A DNA stretch of 64,000 nt from Streptosporangiaceae bacterium (GCA_036502085.1 DASXZD010000018.1:16094-80093), one strand, 5' to 3'. Counted from the stretch's first letter, positions 55,197 through 63,942 are shown. A program made the numbers and translations. The notes: generated from the letters alone by a model not told the origin.

Positions 55197-55556
55197 TCAA
55201 CTGCCTGCCGGTCCAGTCGGCTGACGGCCAGGGGGGTTCGGCGGCTCGCCCTCGGGGACCAGCCGACGTTCCGTGGTTCTGGGCCGGATCAGCGGAGTGA
55301 CCTGGCTGCGCACGAACATGCCGAACAGGGCGGTCATGATCCCGATCACCGCCCCGGTCTCCGAGTTGCTCCAGTGCCACCACTGGAATGCGATGCCGAG
55401 CGCGATGAAGGCCGTCACCAGGGACTGCGTTGCCGCCGACTCCAGCCTGACCCATTTCACGATGACCTTGAATACCTGCTCGACCTGCGAGGGACCCGAT
55501 CGGCCTGGGGGCGCCGTTGACTCGCCCGGGGGCGGCGGGACATTCCCCGCCATCAT
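55197..55556 (-). CDS. small two-TM membrane protein (holin-like topology)
   Basis: SLVTAFIALGIAFQWWHW and GAVIGIMTALFGMFV hydrophobic segments, with a Pro-rich N-terminus. Confidence 0.65.
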   Translation of the reverse strand: MMAGNVPPPPGESTAPPGRSGPSQVEQVFKVIVKWVRLESAATQSLVTAFIALGIAFQWWHWSNSETGAVIGIMTALFGMFVRSQVTPLIRPRTTERRLVPEGEPPNPPGRQPTGPAGS

Positions 55557-55647
55557 GAAGTCTTTGCCGTGTTATGCCACATACGGGGCAATGTTTCCAG
55601 GGACAGCTGGCCGCGTCAGGAACTCGCGGGAACTTCTGCCTCACCGG

Positions 55648-55824
55648 TCAGCAGGCGAGGCACCCGGTCGCGGTCATCGCGGTAGCCGCGGCCATCGCCT
55701 CGCAGATCGGACAGGACAGCTGCCGCGCCGCCGACTCCAGCGCCGCAGCGAATTCCGGCTGCTTTTCGCGCAGCAGCCTGCGCACGTACGCCCTGTTCTC
55801 TTGCGCCCGCTCACTGATGCTCAC
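55648..55824 (-). CDS. small 58-aa CxxC...CxxC protein (below the track size cut-off)
   Basis: Own translation from GTG 55824, which follows GAGAGGGGG: VSISERAQENRAYVRRLLREKQPEFAAALESAARQLSCPICEAMAAATAMTATGCLAC-stop. GC3 is about 88%. Confidence 0.55.
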   Translation of the reverse strand: MSISERAQENRAYVRRLLREKQPEFAAALESAARQLSCPICEAMAAATAMTATGCLAC

Positions 55825-55948
55825 GCACGGCCCCCTCTCGTCTGGGGCATGTCCTCCGGCCTGCAGCTACGAGACTCGCCGTAAGGCGGGTCATCCCGCA
55901 TAGGGCAGATGCCTTATCTTTCCGTACGGTGCGGTCTTATGCCTCTGG

Positions 55949-56611
55949 TCAGTTGTGGACTACGTCGGCGTGGTGACAGAAGTGCACCCGGGCGCCGGTC
56001 ATGGCCCGCAGGCGCTGGACCGAGTCCCGCCAGGCGGCCAGGTCGTCCGCCTGACCGGTCGGCAGCTTGTCGCGGGCCGGGCGCAGATACTGGCGCGGCG
56101 TGTATGCCGCGTCCCCGATCAGCAGGTCAGGCCCGCCGTCCTCGGACGAGACGAGCACGGACTGGTGCCCCACAGTGTGCCCGGGAGTGGTGATGACCGA
56201 CAGGCCGGGCAGCACCTCGGTGTCCCCGTCCAGCAGCTCGAACCTGGCGTTCATGAAGTCGAACCAGCCGCTCAGCTCCGGTGACTCGCGCCGCGCCCGG
56301 TCCAGCTCGGACCGCTGCACGTAGAACGGAGCGTGCCCGAACACGGCGTTCTGGCCGCAGTGGTCGAAGTGCAGGTGCGTGTTGATCACCAGCCCGATGT
56401 CGGCCGGCGTCATGTCCAGCTCGGCCAGCGCGTCGGCGGCCGACCGGTTGACCACCCGCCAGTCGCTCAGCCACTCATCGGGGCCGCCCACCCCGGTGTC
56501 GACCAGCACCGCACCCGAGGAATGGGTGACCACGAAGCCGTGCACGGGCCACCGCCCCCCGTCCAGGCCGCCCAGGGTGGCGAGCTGCAACCGCTTGATC
56601 TCCAGCGCCAT
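55949..56611 (-). CDS. MBL-fold metallo-hydrolase (lactonase-like)
   Basis: Start moved to ATG 56611 (MALEIKRLQ). THLHFDHCG = HxHxDH. Confidence 0.85.
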   Translation of the reverse strand: MALEIKRLQLATLGGLDGGRWPVHGFVVTHSSGAVLVDTGVGGPDEWLSDWRVVNRSAADALAELDMTPADIGLVINTHLHFDHCGQNAVFGHAPFYVQRSELDRARRESPELSGWFDFMNARFELLDGDTEVLPGLSVITTPGHTVGHQSVLVSSEDGGPDLLIGDAAYTPRQYLRPARDKLPTGQADDLAAWRDSVQRLRAMTGARVHFCHHADVVHN

Positions 56612-56766
56612 GGCCCCATCTAACCCCGCCGATACCTGATCCGCACCGGGGGCCGCGTGATTCCCGGCCTGGTACTGGTGGGTAGTTTGACGGGTATGAG
56701 CGGCAACCTGGCCGGATGTCCGGGTCCACGGCCGCGGGACGGCCACGAAGCACAGGAGGTGTCACG

Positions 56767-57660
56767 GTGACCACAGATTCCTACGCGGCCGCTACCGACC
56801 TGGTCACGCGCGCAGCGGCGGCCTACGTGGCCGGCGTGCCCGAGCACCCCGCGGACGAGGGCTTCTTCGGGCCGGCCAGCGTCACCTGGCGGGTGAACAC
56901 CGACCTGGGCGGGCCGATCGCCGGGCTGCGCGCGCTGATGCTGCAGGCGCTGCACCCGCTGGCCATGGCCGGCGTGGACCAGCACAGCGACTGGCGGCAG
57001 GATCCGGTCGGCAGGCTCGCCGCCACCTCCACCTACGTCACCACGATCAGCTTCGGCGAGCGAGCGGTCGCGGAACGGGCCGCGGCCCGGGTGCGCCGGA
57101 TCCACGAGCACGTCACCGGCGTGGACACGATCACCGGTCGGCCGTACGCGGCCGACGATCCCGCGCTGCTGCTGTGGGTGCACGCGGCGCTGGTCGACTC
57201 GTCGCTGGCCGGCTGCCGGTTCGTCGGCACCCCGCTGTCGCCCGCGGACGCGGACCGCTACGTGGCCGAGATGACGGTCGCGGCCGAGCTGGTCGGCGTG
57301 CCGCGTGAGATGATCCCCGCCGACGTCGCCGCGCTCGACGCGTACATCGCGTCGGTCCAGCCCGACCTGCGCTGCACGCCGGCCGCCAGCGAGTCGATGG
57401 CCTACCTGCTCGACCCGCCGGGCCTGGACGAGGACGTCGCCGAGATCTGGCAGGACGTGCGCGACGGCACGGTCGCCTCGCTGCCGGACTGGGCGGCCGG
57501 CCTGTACGGGTACTCCCGGCCCGGGCCGCTGAGCGACGCCCGCTGGAACGAGATCCGCCAGGCGCTCGGCGTCCTGGACGCGGTGTTCATCGGCGAGCCC
57601 GGCGTGCTCGAGGCGCGACAGCGGATCACCCTGCGGACGCGGGCAGCGCAGTGCTCATAA
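56767..57660 (+). CDS. oxygenase MpaB-family (DUF2236) protein
   Basis: FFGPASVTWRVNTD, LRALMLQALHPLAMAGV and RVRRIHEHV. Start GTG 56767 follows GGAGG (track start 56716). Confidence 0.8.
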   Translation: MTTDSYAAATDLVTRAAAAYVAGVPEHPADEGFFGPASVTWRVNTDLGGPIAGLRALMLQALHPLAMAGVDQHSDWRQDPVGRLAATSTYVTTISFGERAVAERAAARVRRIHEHVTGVDTITGRPYAADDPALLLWVHAALVDSSLAGCRFVGTPLSPADADRYVAEMTVAAELVGVPREMIPADVAALDAYIASVQPDLRCTPAASESMAYLLDPPGLDEDVAEIWQDVRDGTVASLPDWAAGLYGYSRPGPLSDARWNEIRQALGVLDAVFIGEPGVLEARQRITLRTRAAQCS

Positions 57661-57790
57661 ATAAAGCAGCACAGTGCTCATAAATAAAGCACAGTGCTCA
57701 TAGATAAAGGCTCATAAATAAAAGTTCCAAAATAAAAGTTCCAAAATAAAAACAGTGCTCATGAAGAAGGCACAGCGCTCATGAACAAGA
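57649..57790 (+). repeat. AT-rich degenerate tandem repeats spanning a stop codon and the next start codon
   Basis: Units CAGTGCTCAT[AG]A[AGT]TAAAG at 57649, 57672 and 57692; GCTCATAAATAAAAG; TTCCAAAATAAAAG x2; CAGTGCTCATGAAGAAGG at 57753; CAGCGCTCATGAACAAGAAGG at 57773. Confidence 0.85.
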
Positions 57791-59235
57791 AGGTCTACGC
57801 CGGCCTGGGGGTCGGCGCCGCGGCGGCGGTCGCCGTCCTCGCCCGCCGCCAGCTTGGCCAGCGCCTCGGCCCTGGCCTCGGCCGGCTGCGGTTCAGCCGC
57901 GGCCAGGCGACGCTCAAGCTCGTCGCCAGGGGCGGCGCGCGGTACGCCGCCAGCGCCCCGCGGCTGTTCGCCGCTGCGGGGGAGGGCCGGGAGCAGCTGC
58001 GCAACGAGCTGGCGCTGCAGACTGCCGAAGACGTCGCCGTCACGCTGGGGGCGATGAAGGGCGTGCTGATGAAGATCGGCCAGATGGCCAGCTACGTCGA
58101 CGACGGGCTGTCCCCGGCGGTTCGGCGCACGCTCAGCAGGCTGCAGGACAGCGTGCCGCCGATGAGCCCGGAGCTAGCCGCGCGCGTGCTGGAAGAAGAG
58201 CTCGGTCAGCCGCCGGAGCAGGTCTTCGCGCGCTGGGATCCCGAGCCGATCGCCGCCGCGTCGATCGGGCAGGTGCACCGCGCGATCACCCGCGACGGGC
58301 GCGCGGTCGCGGTGAAGGTGCAGTACCCGGGCATCGCCGAGACGATGGCCGCCGACCTGGAAAATGTCGCGCTGCTGCGCCGGATGCTCAAGATCACCGC
58401 GCCGAGCCAAGACGTCGACGCGCTCATCGCCGAGCTGCGCGAGCGCATCCTGGAAGAGCTCGACTACCGCAGGGAGGCGGAGAACCAGCGGATGCTGGCC
58501 GCGTTCTACGACGGCCACCCGACCATCCACATCCCCAAGATCATCGACGAGTTTTCCGGCCGCAGGGTGGTGACCAGCGAGCTCTCGGACGGCGTCCGGT
58601 TCGCCGAGCTGACCGGCTGGTCGCAGGCCGAGCGCGACCTGGCGGCGGAGACGATCTACCGCTTCGTGTTCCGCAGCCTGTACGAGGTCGGCGCGTTCAA
58701 CGGCGACCCGCACCCCGGCAACTACCTCTTCCACGGCGGCGGCCGGGTCACGTTCCTCGACTTCGGGCTGGTCAAGCACTTCAGCACGACCGAGCTCAAG
58801 CCGCTGGTGGACATGGTCCGGTGCATGTGCGTAGACAACGATCCCGAGGCGTTCAGGCGCAGCATGGAAGAGGCGGGGTTCCTCATTCCGAACGCACCGG
58901 TGAGCACCGAGGCCGTCGTCGATCACCTCGCCATTTTCTACGCCACCGTGCGCGTGCCGGGGCCGCAGACGATGACCGAAGAGTACGCGTCCTCCGTCGT
59001 GCGCAAGTTCTTCGACGTGCGCAGCCCGCTGGCCCCTTACGTGAGCGTGCCGCGGTCGTACGTGATCCTGCAGCGGATCAACCTGGGCCTGTTCGCGCTG
59101 CTCGGGCAGTTGCACGCGACCGGTGACTGGCGGGCCGTCGCCGAGGAGATCTGGCCGTTCGTGCAGGGCCCGCCGTCCACCCCGATGGGCGAGGCCGAGG
59201 CGGCCTGGCGGGCGCGCCGACTAGCCAGGGCGTAG
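57781..59235 (+). CDS. ABC1/UbiB/AarF-family atypical kinase
   Basis: PIAAASIGQVHRA, AVKVQYPG and GDPHPGNYLF motifs. Confidence 0.88.
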   Translation: MNKKVYAGLGVGAAAAVAVLARRQLGQRLGPGLGRLRFSRGQATLKLVARGGARYAASAPRLFAAAGEGREQLRNELALQTAEDVAVTLGAMKGVLMKIGQMASYVDDGLSPAVRRTLSRLQDSVPPMSPELAARVLEEELGQPPEQVFARWDPEPIAAASIGQVHRAITRDGRAVAVKVQYPGIAETMAADLENVALLRRMLKITAPSQDVDALIAELRERILEELDYRREAENQRMLAAFYDGHPTIHIPKIIDEFSGRRVVTSELSDGVRFAELTGWSQAERDLAAETIYRFVFRSLYEVGAFNGDPHPGNYLFHGGGRVTFLDFGLVKHFSTTELKPLVDMVRCMCVDNDPEAFRRSMEEAGFLIPNAPVSTEAVVDHLAIFYATVRVPGPQTMTEEYASSVVRKFFDVRSPLAPYVSVPRSYVILQRINLGLFALLGQLHATGDWRAVAEEIWPFVQGPPSTPMGEAEAAWRARRLARA

Positions 59236-59340
59236 CTCTTACCGGCGGGCCGGCCGGGCTCTTGGCGTCTGCGCTGGGCGCCTGACGGGGCTGGGGGCGG
59301 AGGGGGAACGCCGCTCCGTTAGGGAAAATTGAATGAAAAT

Positions 59341-59397
59341 GCCTTCGGCCAGGTACCGGCGGGGCTCGCACTGAGCCCGGCCGGCCTGGCCGAAGGC
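59341..59397. terminator. 13-bp perfect inverted repeat between convergent genes
   Basis: GCCTTCGGCCAGG (59341..59353) pairs with CCTGGCCGAAGGC (59385..59397). The loop contains a second small hairpin. Confidence 0.55.
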
Positions 59398-59434
59398 ACT
59401 CTTTAGATAAGGGCTGGTGAACCGCCGGGCCTAG

Positions 59435-60301
59435 CTAGAAGCTGTCATTCCAGGTGACCTTGAACGCGTTGCCGGTCGCGTTCAGGTTGCCGGGAGTGGC
59501 CAGGGCGTAGGACTGGCTGCCGTCGATCATGGTGATCTCGTCGTCGGGGAACGAGGAGATCTTGCCGATCGTGGCGCCGGACTTCACCGTGGCGGCGGTC
59601 AGGCTCCAGGTGCCGAAGTTGGGCAGCGGGAACTCGCCCCGCGGGCCGCTCGGTGCCTCGGCGATCCACTCGGCGCTGGTGTCGACGCAGGTCGCCGCGG
59701 CGCATGACTGGGTGGTGGTGAAGCTGTTGGCCGGGATGGTGGAGTCGGTGACGGTGAGCTTGTAGTTGGTGCTGGTCTTGATCACCGAAGCGGCGATCTG
59801 GTCGCCGGGGGCGACGGTGGTGCCGACGACCTGGATGCTATTGCTGGGGAACATCTCCCACCAGGTGTCGTAGAAGACAGATCCCTCGAAGCACTGGGCC
59901 AGCGTGCCGTCCTGCTCGACCGTGCTGCTGCTGAAGCCGTCGATGCCCACCCAGAAGACCGCGAGCTGGTCCTCGTTGGTATTGCAGACGATCGAGGGCT
60001 CCTTCCATTTGCCGGTGATCTTGCTGTAGGTGTTGCTGGCGGTGTTGTCGTCGGCGTAGCCGGCCCAGTTGAAGCTGCCGACCTGGGTCTGGCCCCCAAC
60101 GTGGATCACGTGGCCACCATGCTGGGGCGATCCGATCTTGAGATGCTCCAGAGCGACGCGGGCGGCCGCGGCTGCGCGGGCCTCCTTGGACGTGTGTGTT
60201 GCCGTGTGTGTTGCCGTGCTAGCGCCAGCGCTCGGGCTGATTGCCAGCGAGACGAGGGCTAGGGCGGGCAGAAGCATGAGCGAGGACCGCAGAAGGCGCA
60301 C
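59435..60301 (-). CDS. secreted G1-family (eqolisin-like) glutamic peptidase
   Basis: Signal peptide MRLLRSSLMLLPALALVSLAISPSAGA. NWAGY, FWVGIDG, VEQDG, WWEMFP and AEWIAEAP motifs. GTG 60301 follows GAAGGGGAG. Confidence 0.8.
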   Translation of the reverse strand: MRLLRSSLMLLPALALVSLAISPSAGASTATHTATHTSKEARAAAAARVALEHLKIGSPQHGGHVIHVGGQTQVGSFNWAGYADDNTASNTYSKITGKWKEPSIVCNTNEDQLAVFWVGIDGFSSSTVEQDGTLAQCFEGSVFYDTWWEMFPSNSIQVVGTTVAPGDQIAASVIKTSTNYKLTVTDSTIPANSFTTTQSCAAATCVDTSAEWIAEAPSGPRGEFPLPNFGTWSLTAATVKSGATIGKISSFPDDEITMIDGSQSYALATPGNLNATGNAFKVTWNDSF

Positions 60302-60375
60302 AGTGATCTCCCCTTCGAGGGCGCGGGGCCGGATACTTCCGCGATCGTAACTTTGGGAACGATTTGATCACAATG
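60296..60375 (-). promoter_or_regulatory. upstream block A shared with the S53 gene
   Basis: GCACAGTGAT.TCCCC, GCGGGG.CGGA, CGCGATCGTAACT (60340..60352) and ATCACAATG recur in the same order at 62816..62902. Confidence 0.55.
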
Positions 60376-60446
60376 GCTCATTTCGGGCGCATTTTGATAC
60401 GGCTTTGCCGACGTTAATGGGAACTATTTCCCGTTTGGGCACGCTG

Positions 60447-60485
60447 GCGCGGCCCCTGGGCGAAACGGTTTCCCAGGGGCCGCGC
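60447..60485. terminator. 14-bp perfect inverted repeat downstream of the S53 gene
   Basis: GCGCGGCCCCTGGG-cgaaacggttt-CCCAGGGGCCGCGC. Confidence 0.7.
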
Positions 60486-60501
60486 GGCGTTTGTCAGGCC
60501 G

Positions 60502-62721
60502 TCAGGCGGTGTATGTGTATTGGTCGGCCGTGGTGATCGCGCTGAGCGTGACGTCCTCGGCGGAAATCCGGATATCGACGGTACCGATCGCGTGGGCCGG
60601 CATCACCACCGTGCACTTGGTGGTGCTCGTGCAGTTAGCGGGCACGTCCTTCGTTCCGATCACGGCCATGTCGGCGCCGGCGATGGGCATGAAGCCGGTG
60701 CCGGTCACCGTGACCGTGGTCCCGCCGGCCTTCGTTCCCGACTTGGGCGAGATGGCCGTCACCTTCGTTCTGGTCAGCTTCGTCGCGTAGGCCTGGCACA
60801 TCATCGCCGCGAGCCCGGGGAAGAACTCGCTGGACGTCCCGCCCGCGCCGATCCCGGTGACCAGCGGCACGCCAAGGCCGGACGCCATGTCGTACCCGGC
60901 GGTCGCGGGGAACAGCCCGCCGAAGTAGCCGGACGGGGTGTAGTCGTTGTTGCCCAGCGTGATGTCGCCGAAGACCTCCGGCTCGTCGGCGCCGCCGGAG
61001 TAGATGTAGGCGTGGTCGACTCCGGTCTGCCCGTACATGCCCTGCGGCAGCACGCCCGCGTCGCCCGAGCCGTAGGCGGCGCAGAACGGCGAGGCGTCGA
61101 TCAGCGCGGCGACGGCCGCCCACAGCGGCGCCGCGGCGCTGGTGCCGCCGATCACCGTCCAGCCTCCCTTGTACCGGACGACGTACCCGCCGAAGGGATC
61201 GGCGTCGGCCGACACGTCAGGCTCCTGGCGGATGTGCCTGGTCACCGACGTCGGGCAGGCGGAGTTCGTCGCCGAGTCGCTGCCGATCAGGCCGGGGATC
61301 GCGGTCTGGTACTGGTAGGTCGGCATGCACCAGTAGCCGGACAGCCCGCCGCCGCCGGCGCCGTTGCCGCTCGACGACTCGTTCCACACGGTCTCGGCCG
61401 ACGCGCCGATCGTCGTGCCGCCGACGCCCTCCACGAACGGCTGAGCGGCCGGGTTCCCGGCCGACACGGCGCCCGCGTCCGGCCCGCCCGAGCGCAGGCA
61501 GCCGGTGGAGCCGGTGTCGCCCGCGGCCGCGAAGACCGTCTCGCCCTGGGTGTTGGCCTGCTCGAAGACGGTCTGCTCCTCGGAGACCAGCGTCTGGTCG
61601 GAGTACGCCTCGCAGCTTCCCCACGAGGTCGTGATGACCTGGTCCTGGTCGGCGGTGATGATCGCGTTGTAGATGTCGAAGCTGTCGGCGTCGGAGGCGT
61701 TCTTGCCCTGGTAGACGTCGATCGCGACATCAGGAGCGAGCCCCAGGACGTCCTCGATGTCCAGGGCTGCCTCGCCCTCGCCCGCGCCGGTGCCCGAGCC
61801 GCCGTCGACCTTCTTGTAGGTGACCGAGGTGGTCACCTTGTAGCAGGTCTTGTACTGGTTGATGTCAGTGGTCAGGTTGGGCTCTTGCTCGTAGACCGCG
61901 ACCCGGACTCCGGAGCCCAGGTCGCCCAGTCCGTACAGGGGCGCCATCAGGTAGTAGCTGGCGAACTGGTTCGCGGTGAAGCCGTCGTCGTTGACTCCGG
62001 CGGTCTTCGCGGCGGCGCACGCCTTCGGCCCGACCACGTCCGGCTGGCTGAGCGGGCGGCCGGCAGTCATTCCTCGCTGGGCGATTTTGGCTTTGAGTGC
62101 TGGCTTGGGCTTGGCGAGCATGCTGTGGTCGGGGTAGAGCGTGTTCAGGCCGAGCACTCCGGAGACGTAGGGCGCGGCTGCGGCGGAGAACTTCGGTGCC
62201 GCCGAGTTCGCGTAGGCGACCCGGCCGCCCGCGAGCCGGTATCGCGACAGCGAGATGCCGAACGCGTGCTCCGCAGCGGCCGCCGTCGTGCTGACCGGGA
62301 TCGACAGCCGGTTGGAGCTGACCGCGCCCGGCCTCAGCCCGGCCTGCCGCAGCGCGGCCCGGACGGCCGCTACCGACGCCAGCGTCGGCCCGAACCGCGG
62401 TCCGAACTGCCCCGGCCGCAGGAAGTGGTGGAAGAACGGCGACTGCCGGTTCGACAGGCCGGCCAGGAACGCGTTCAGGGCGGCCTGGTCACCGACCTTG
62501 AGCACCACGTCCAGGTGGAGCTTGCTCGCTGCGGCCAGCGGGCCGAGCCTGACCGCACCGTGGGGGAGCCGGGCGGGCGCGTCCGCCGTCAGCCGGATCG
62601 CCGCGGTGCTCTTAGAGGTCTTCAGCGGCTGCGCGCTGGACGGCACCGCGGACGCCACGGCGCCGCTGAGCCCGACGACGCTCGCCGCGCCGAGAGCCAG
62701 GAATCGTCTGCTGATGTTCAT
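60502..62721 (-). CDS. secreted S53-family (sedolisin/kumamolisin-like) peptidase with a pro-domain and a C-terminal IPT/TIG domain
   Basis: Start moved to ATG 62721, which follows GGAGG (MNISRRFLALGAASVVGLSGAVASA). GGTSAAAPLWAAVAALI catalytic Ser motif. C-terminal ISPKSGTKAGGTTVTVTGTGF. Confidence 0.85.
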   Translation of the reverse strand: MNISRRFLALGAASVVGLSGAVASAVPSSAQPLKTSKSTAAIRLTADAPARLPHGAVRLGPLAAASKLHLDVVLKVGDQAALNAFLAGLSNRQSPFFHHFLRPGQFGPRFGPTLASVAAVRAALRQAGLRPGAVSSNRLSIPVSTTAAAAEHAFGISLSRYRLAGGRVAYANSAAPKFSAAAAPYVSGVLGLNTLYPDHSMLAKPKPALKAKIAQRGMTAGRPLSQPDVVGPKACAAAKTAGVNDDGFTANQFASYYLMAPLYGLGDLGSGVRVAVYEQEPNLTTDINQYKTCYKVTTSVTYKKVDGGSGTGAGEGEAALDIEDVLGLAPDVAIDVYQGKNASDADSFDIYNAIITADQDQVITTSWGSCEAYSDQTLVSEEQTVFEQANTQGETVFAAAGDTGSTGCLRSGGPDAGAVSAGNPAAQPFVEGVGGTTIGASAETVWNESSSGNGAGGGGLSGYWCMPTYQYQTAIPGLIGSDSATNSACPTSVTRHIRQEPDVSADADPFGGYVVRYKGGWTVIGGTSAAAPLWAAVAALIDASPFCAAYGSGDAGVLPQGMYGQTGVDHAYIYSGGADEPEVFGDITLGNNDYTPSGYFGGLFPATAGYDMASGLGVPLVTGIGAGGTSSEFFPGLAAMMCQAYATKLTRTKVTAISPKSGTKAGGTTVTVTGTGFMPIAGADMAVIGTKDVPANCTSTTKCTVVMPAHAIGTVDIRISAEDVTLSAITTADQYTYTA

Positions 62722-62815
62722 TTCGCCTCCGCGGAAAGCTGGCAGGTCGCGCGCTGGCATTCCGGTTGAGGCTCCGATTTGGTACTAGGACGGCTATTAA
62801 CAAAGGACCACAGGC

Positions 62816-62902
62816 GACGCACAGTGATTCCCCCCTCACTCCAGGGATGCGGGGCGGACGAAACTTTCGCGATCGTAACTGTTATACCTATTAATCACAA
62901 TG
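62816..62902 (-). promoter_or_regulatory. upstream block B (copy of the G1 5' region) about 100 nt upstream of the S53 start
   Basis: Same ordered motifs as 60296..60375, including the RBS-like GGGGGGAATCACT and GTG at 62822. Confidence 0.55.
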
Positions 62903-62981
62903 ATCCCTTTAGTCTGGATTTATCCGGCTCTTGGTGATTCTGGTGCGGCTAAAGTAGTTTGCGCGGTTAAGTAGTTTCCGT

Positions 62982-63026
62982 GGTCGGGCGGGTCGGGCGG
63001 GTCGGGCGGGTCGGGCGGGTCGGGTG
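62982..63026 (+). repeat. 9-nt tandem repeat (GGTCGGGCG) x5
   Basis: Read directly. Lies just upstream of the NRDE gene start. Confidence 0.85.
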
Positions 63027-63072
63027 CGGGTGTGCGGGGGCGGCCGTAGCCGGGTCTGATCCAATGAGGGGC

Positions 63073-63942
63073 ATGTGCACGGCCATCGTGAGTGTCGAGC
63101 CCGGCGCTCCGCTGCTGCTGGCCGGCATCCGCGACGAGCTCGTCGATCGCGCCTGGCAGCCGCCCGCCGAGCACTGGCCGGACTACCCCGGGATCCTCGG
63201 CGGCCGTGACCTGCTGGCGGGCGGAACGTGGCTGGCGGTCGACCCGCCGGCCCGGCGCGCGGCGTGCGTGCTCAACGGCCGGGGCCGGCCGGCGGCACCG
63301 GATGCCCGCCGGTCACGAGGGGTGCTGCCGCTGCAGGCGGCGGCCGGCGGCCGGCCGGGGCCGGGCGGGCTGGCCAGCTTCGACCCGTTTCACCTGCTGA
63401 CCGTGACGCCGAGCGCGGCCACGCTGGACAGCTGGGACGGCGAGCAGCACACCGAGCGGGAACTCGGCCCCGGGCTGCACATGATCGTCAACAGCGGCCT
63501 GGCCGGCTCTCCAGGGGTCGTCGCGGGGCGGGAAGCCGGTCCGGCGGCGGGCCGGGGCGCTGTCGCGGGTCAGGGTGCCGCGGCCGGCCGGGGGGTGGCG
63601 GCGCGGAGCGCGGCGGGGCGGGACCTCGAAGTGGCGCGCATCGCGCATTTCCTGCCGCGGCTGACCGCCGCGGAGCGGCCCGGCCCGCGCCCCGGAGCTC
63701 CCGCCCCGCTCGCCTGGGGCGCCTGGCTGCCGCTGCTGAACGGCGATGGCCTCGATCCGGCCGACCCGCGCTCCCTGATCGTCCGGCGGGATCTCGGCGA
63801 TGGCCGGATCTGGGGGACGACATCGATATCGCTGGTCGCGCTGTCGGCCAGAGGCGTGCGCTACGACTTCACCGGCACGCCGGGCGATCCGCGAGCCTGG
63901 GACCCGGTACCGGACTCGTCCCATGCACCCGAATCCTCCTGA
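63073..63942 (+). CDS. NRDE-family (TANGO2/DUF833-like) protein
   Basis: Start moved to ATG 63073 (MCTAIVSVEPGAPLLLAGIRDE). GGTWLAV and NGRG. Contains an Ala/Gly/Arg-rich repeat insertion. Confidence 0.75.
   Translation: MCTAIVSVEPGAPLLLAGIRDELVDRAWQPPAEHWPDYPGILGGRDLLAGGTWLAVDPPARRAACVLNGRGRPAAPDARRSRGVLPLQAAAGGRPGPGGLASFDPFHLLTVTPSAATLDSWDGEQHTERELGPGLHMIVNSGLAGSPGVVAGREAGPAAGRGAVAGQGAAAGRGVAARSAAGRDLEVARIAHFLPRLTAAERPGPRPGAPAPLAWGAWLPLLNGDGLDPADPRSLIVRRDLGDGRIWGTTSISLVALSARGVRYDFTGTPGDPRAWDPVPDSSHAPESS

Noticed and set aside
60520-62769. 749-aa plus-strand ORF
   Set aside because: It is antisense to the S53 peptidase gene, which has the GGTSAAAP motif, a pro-domain and a signal peptide.
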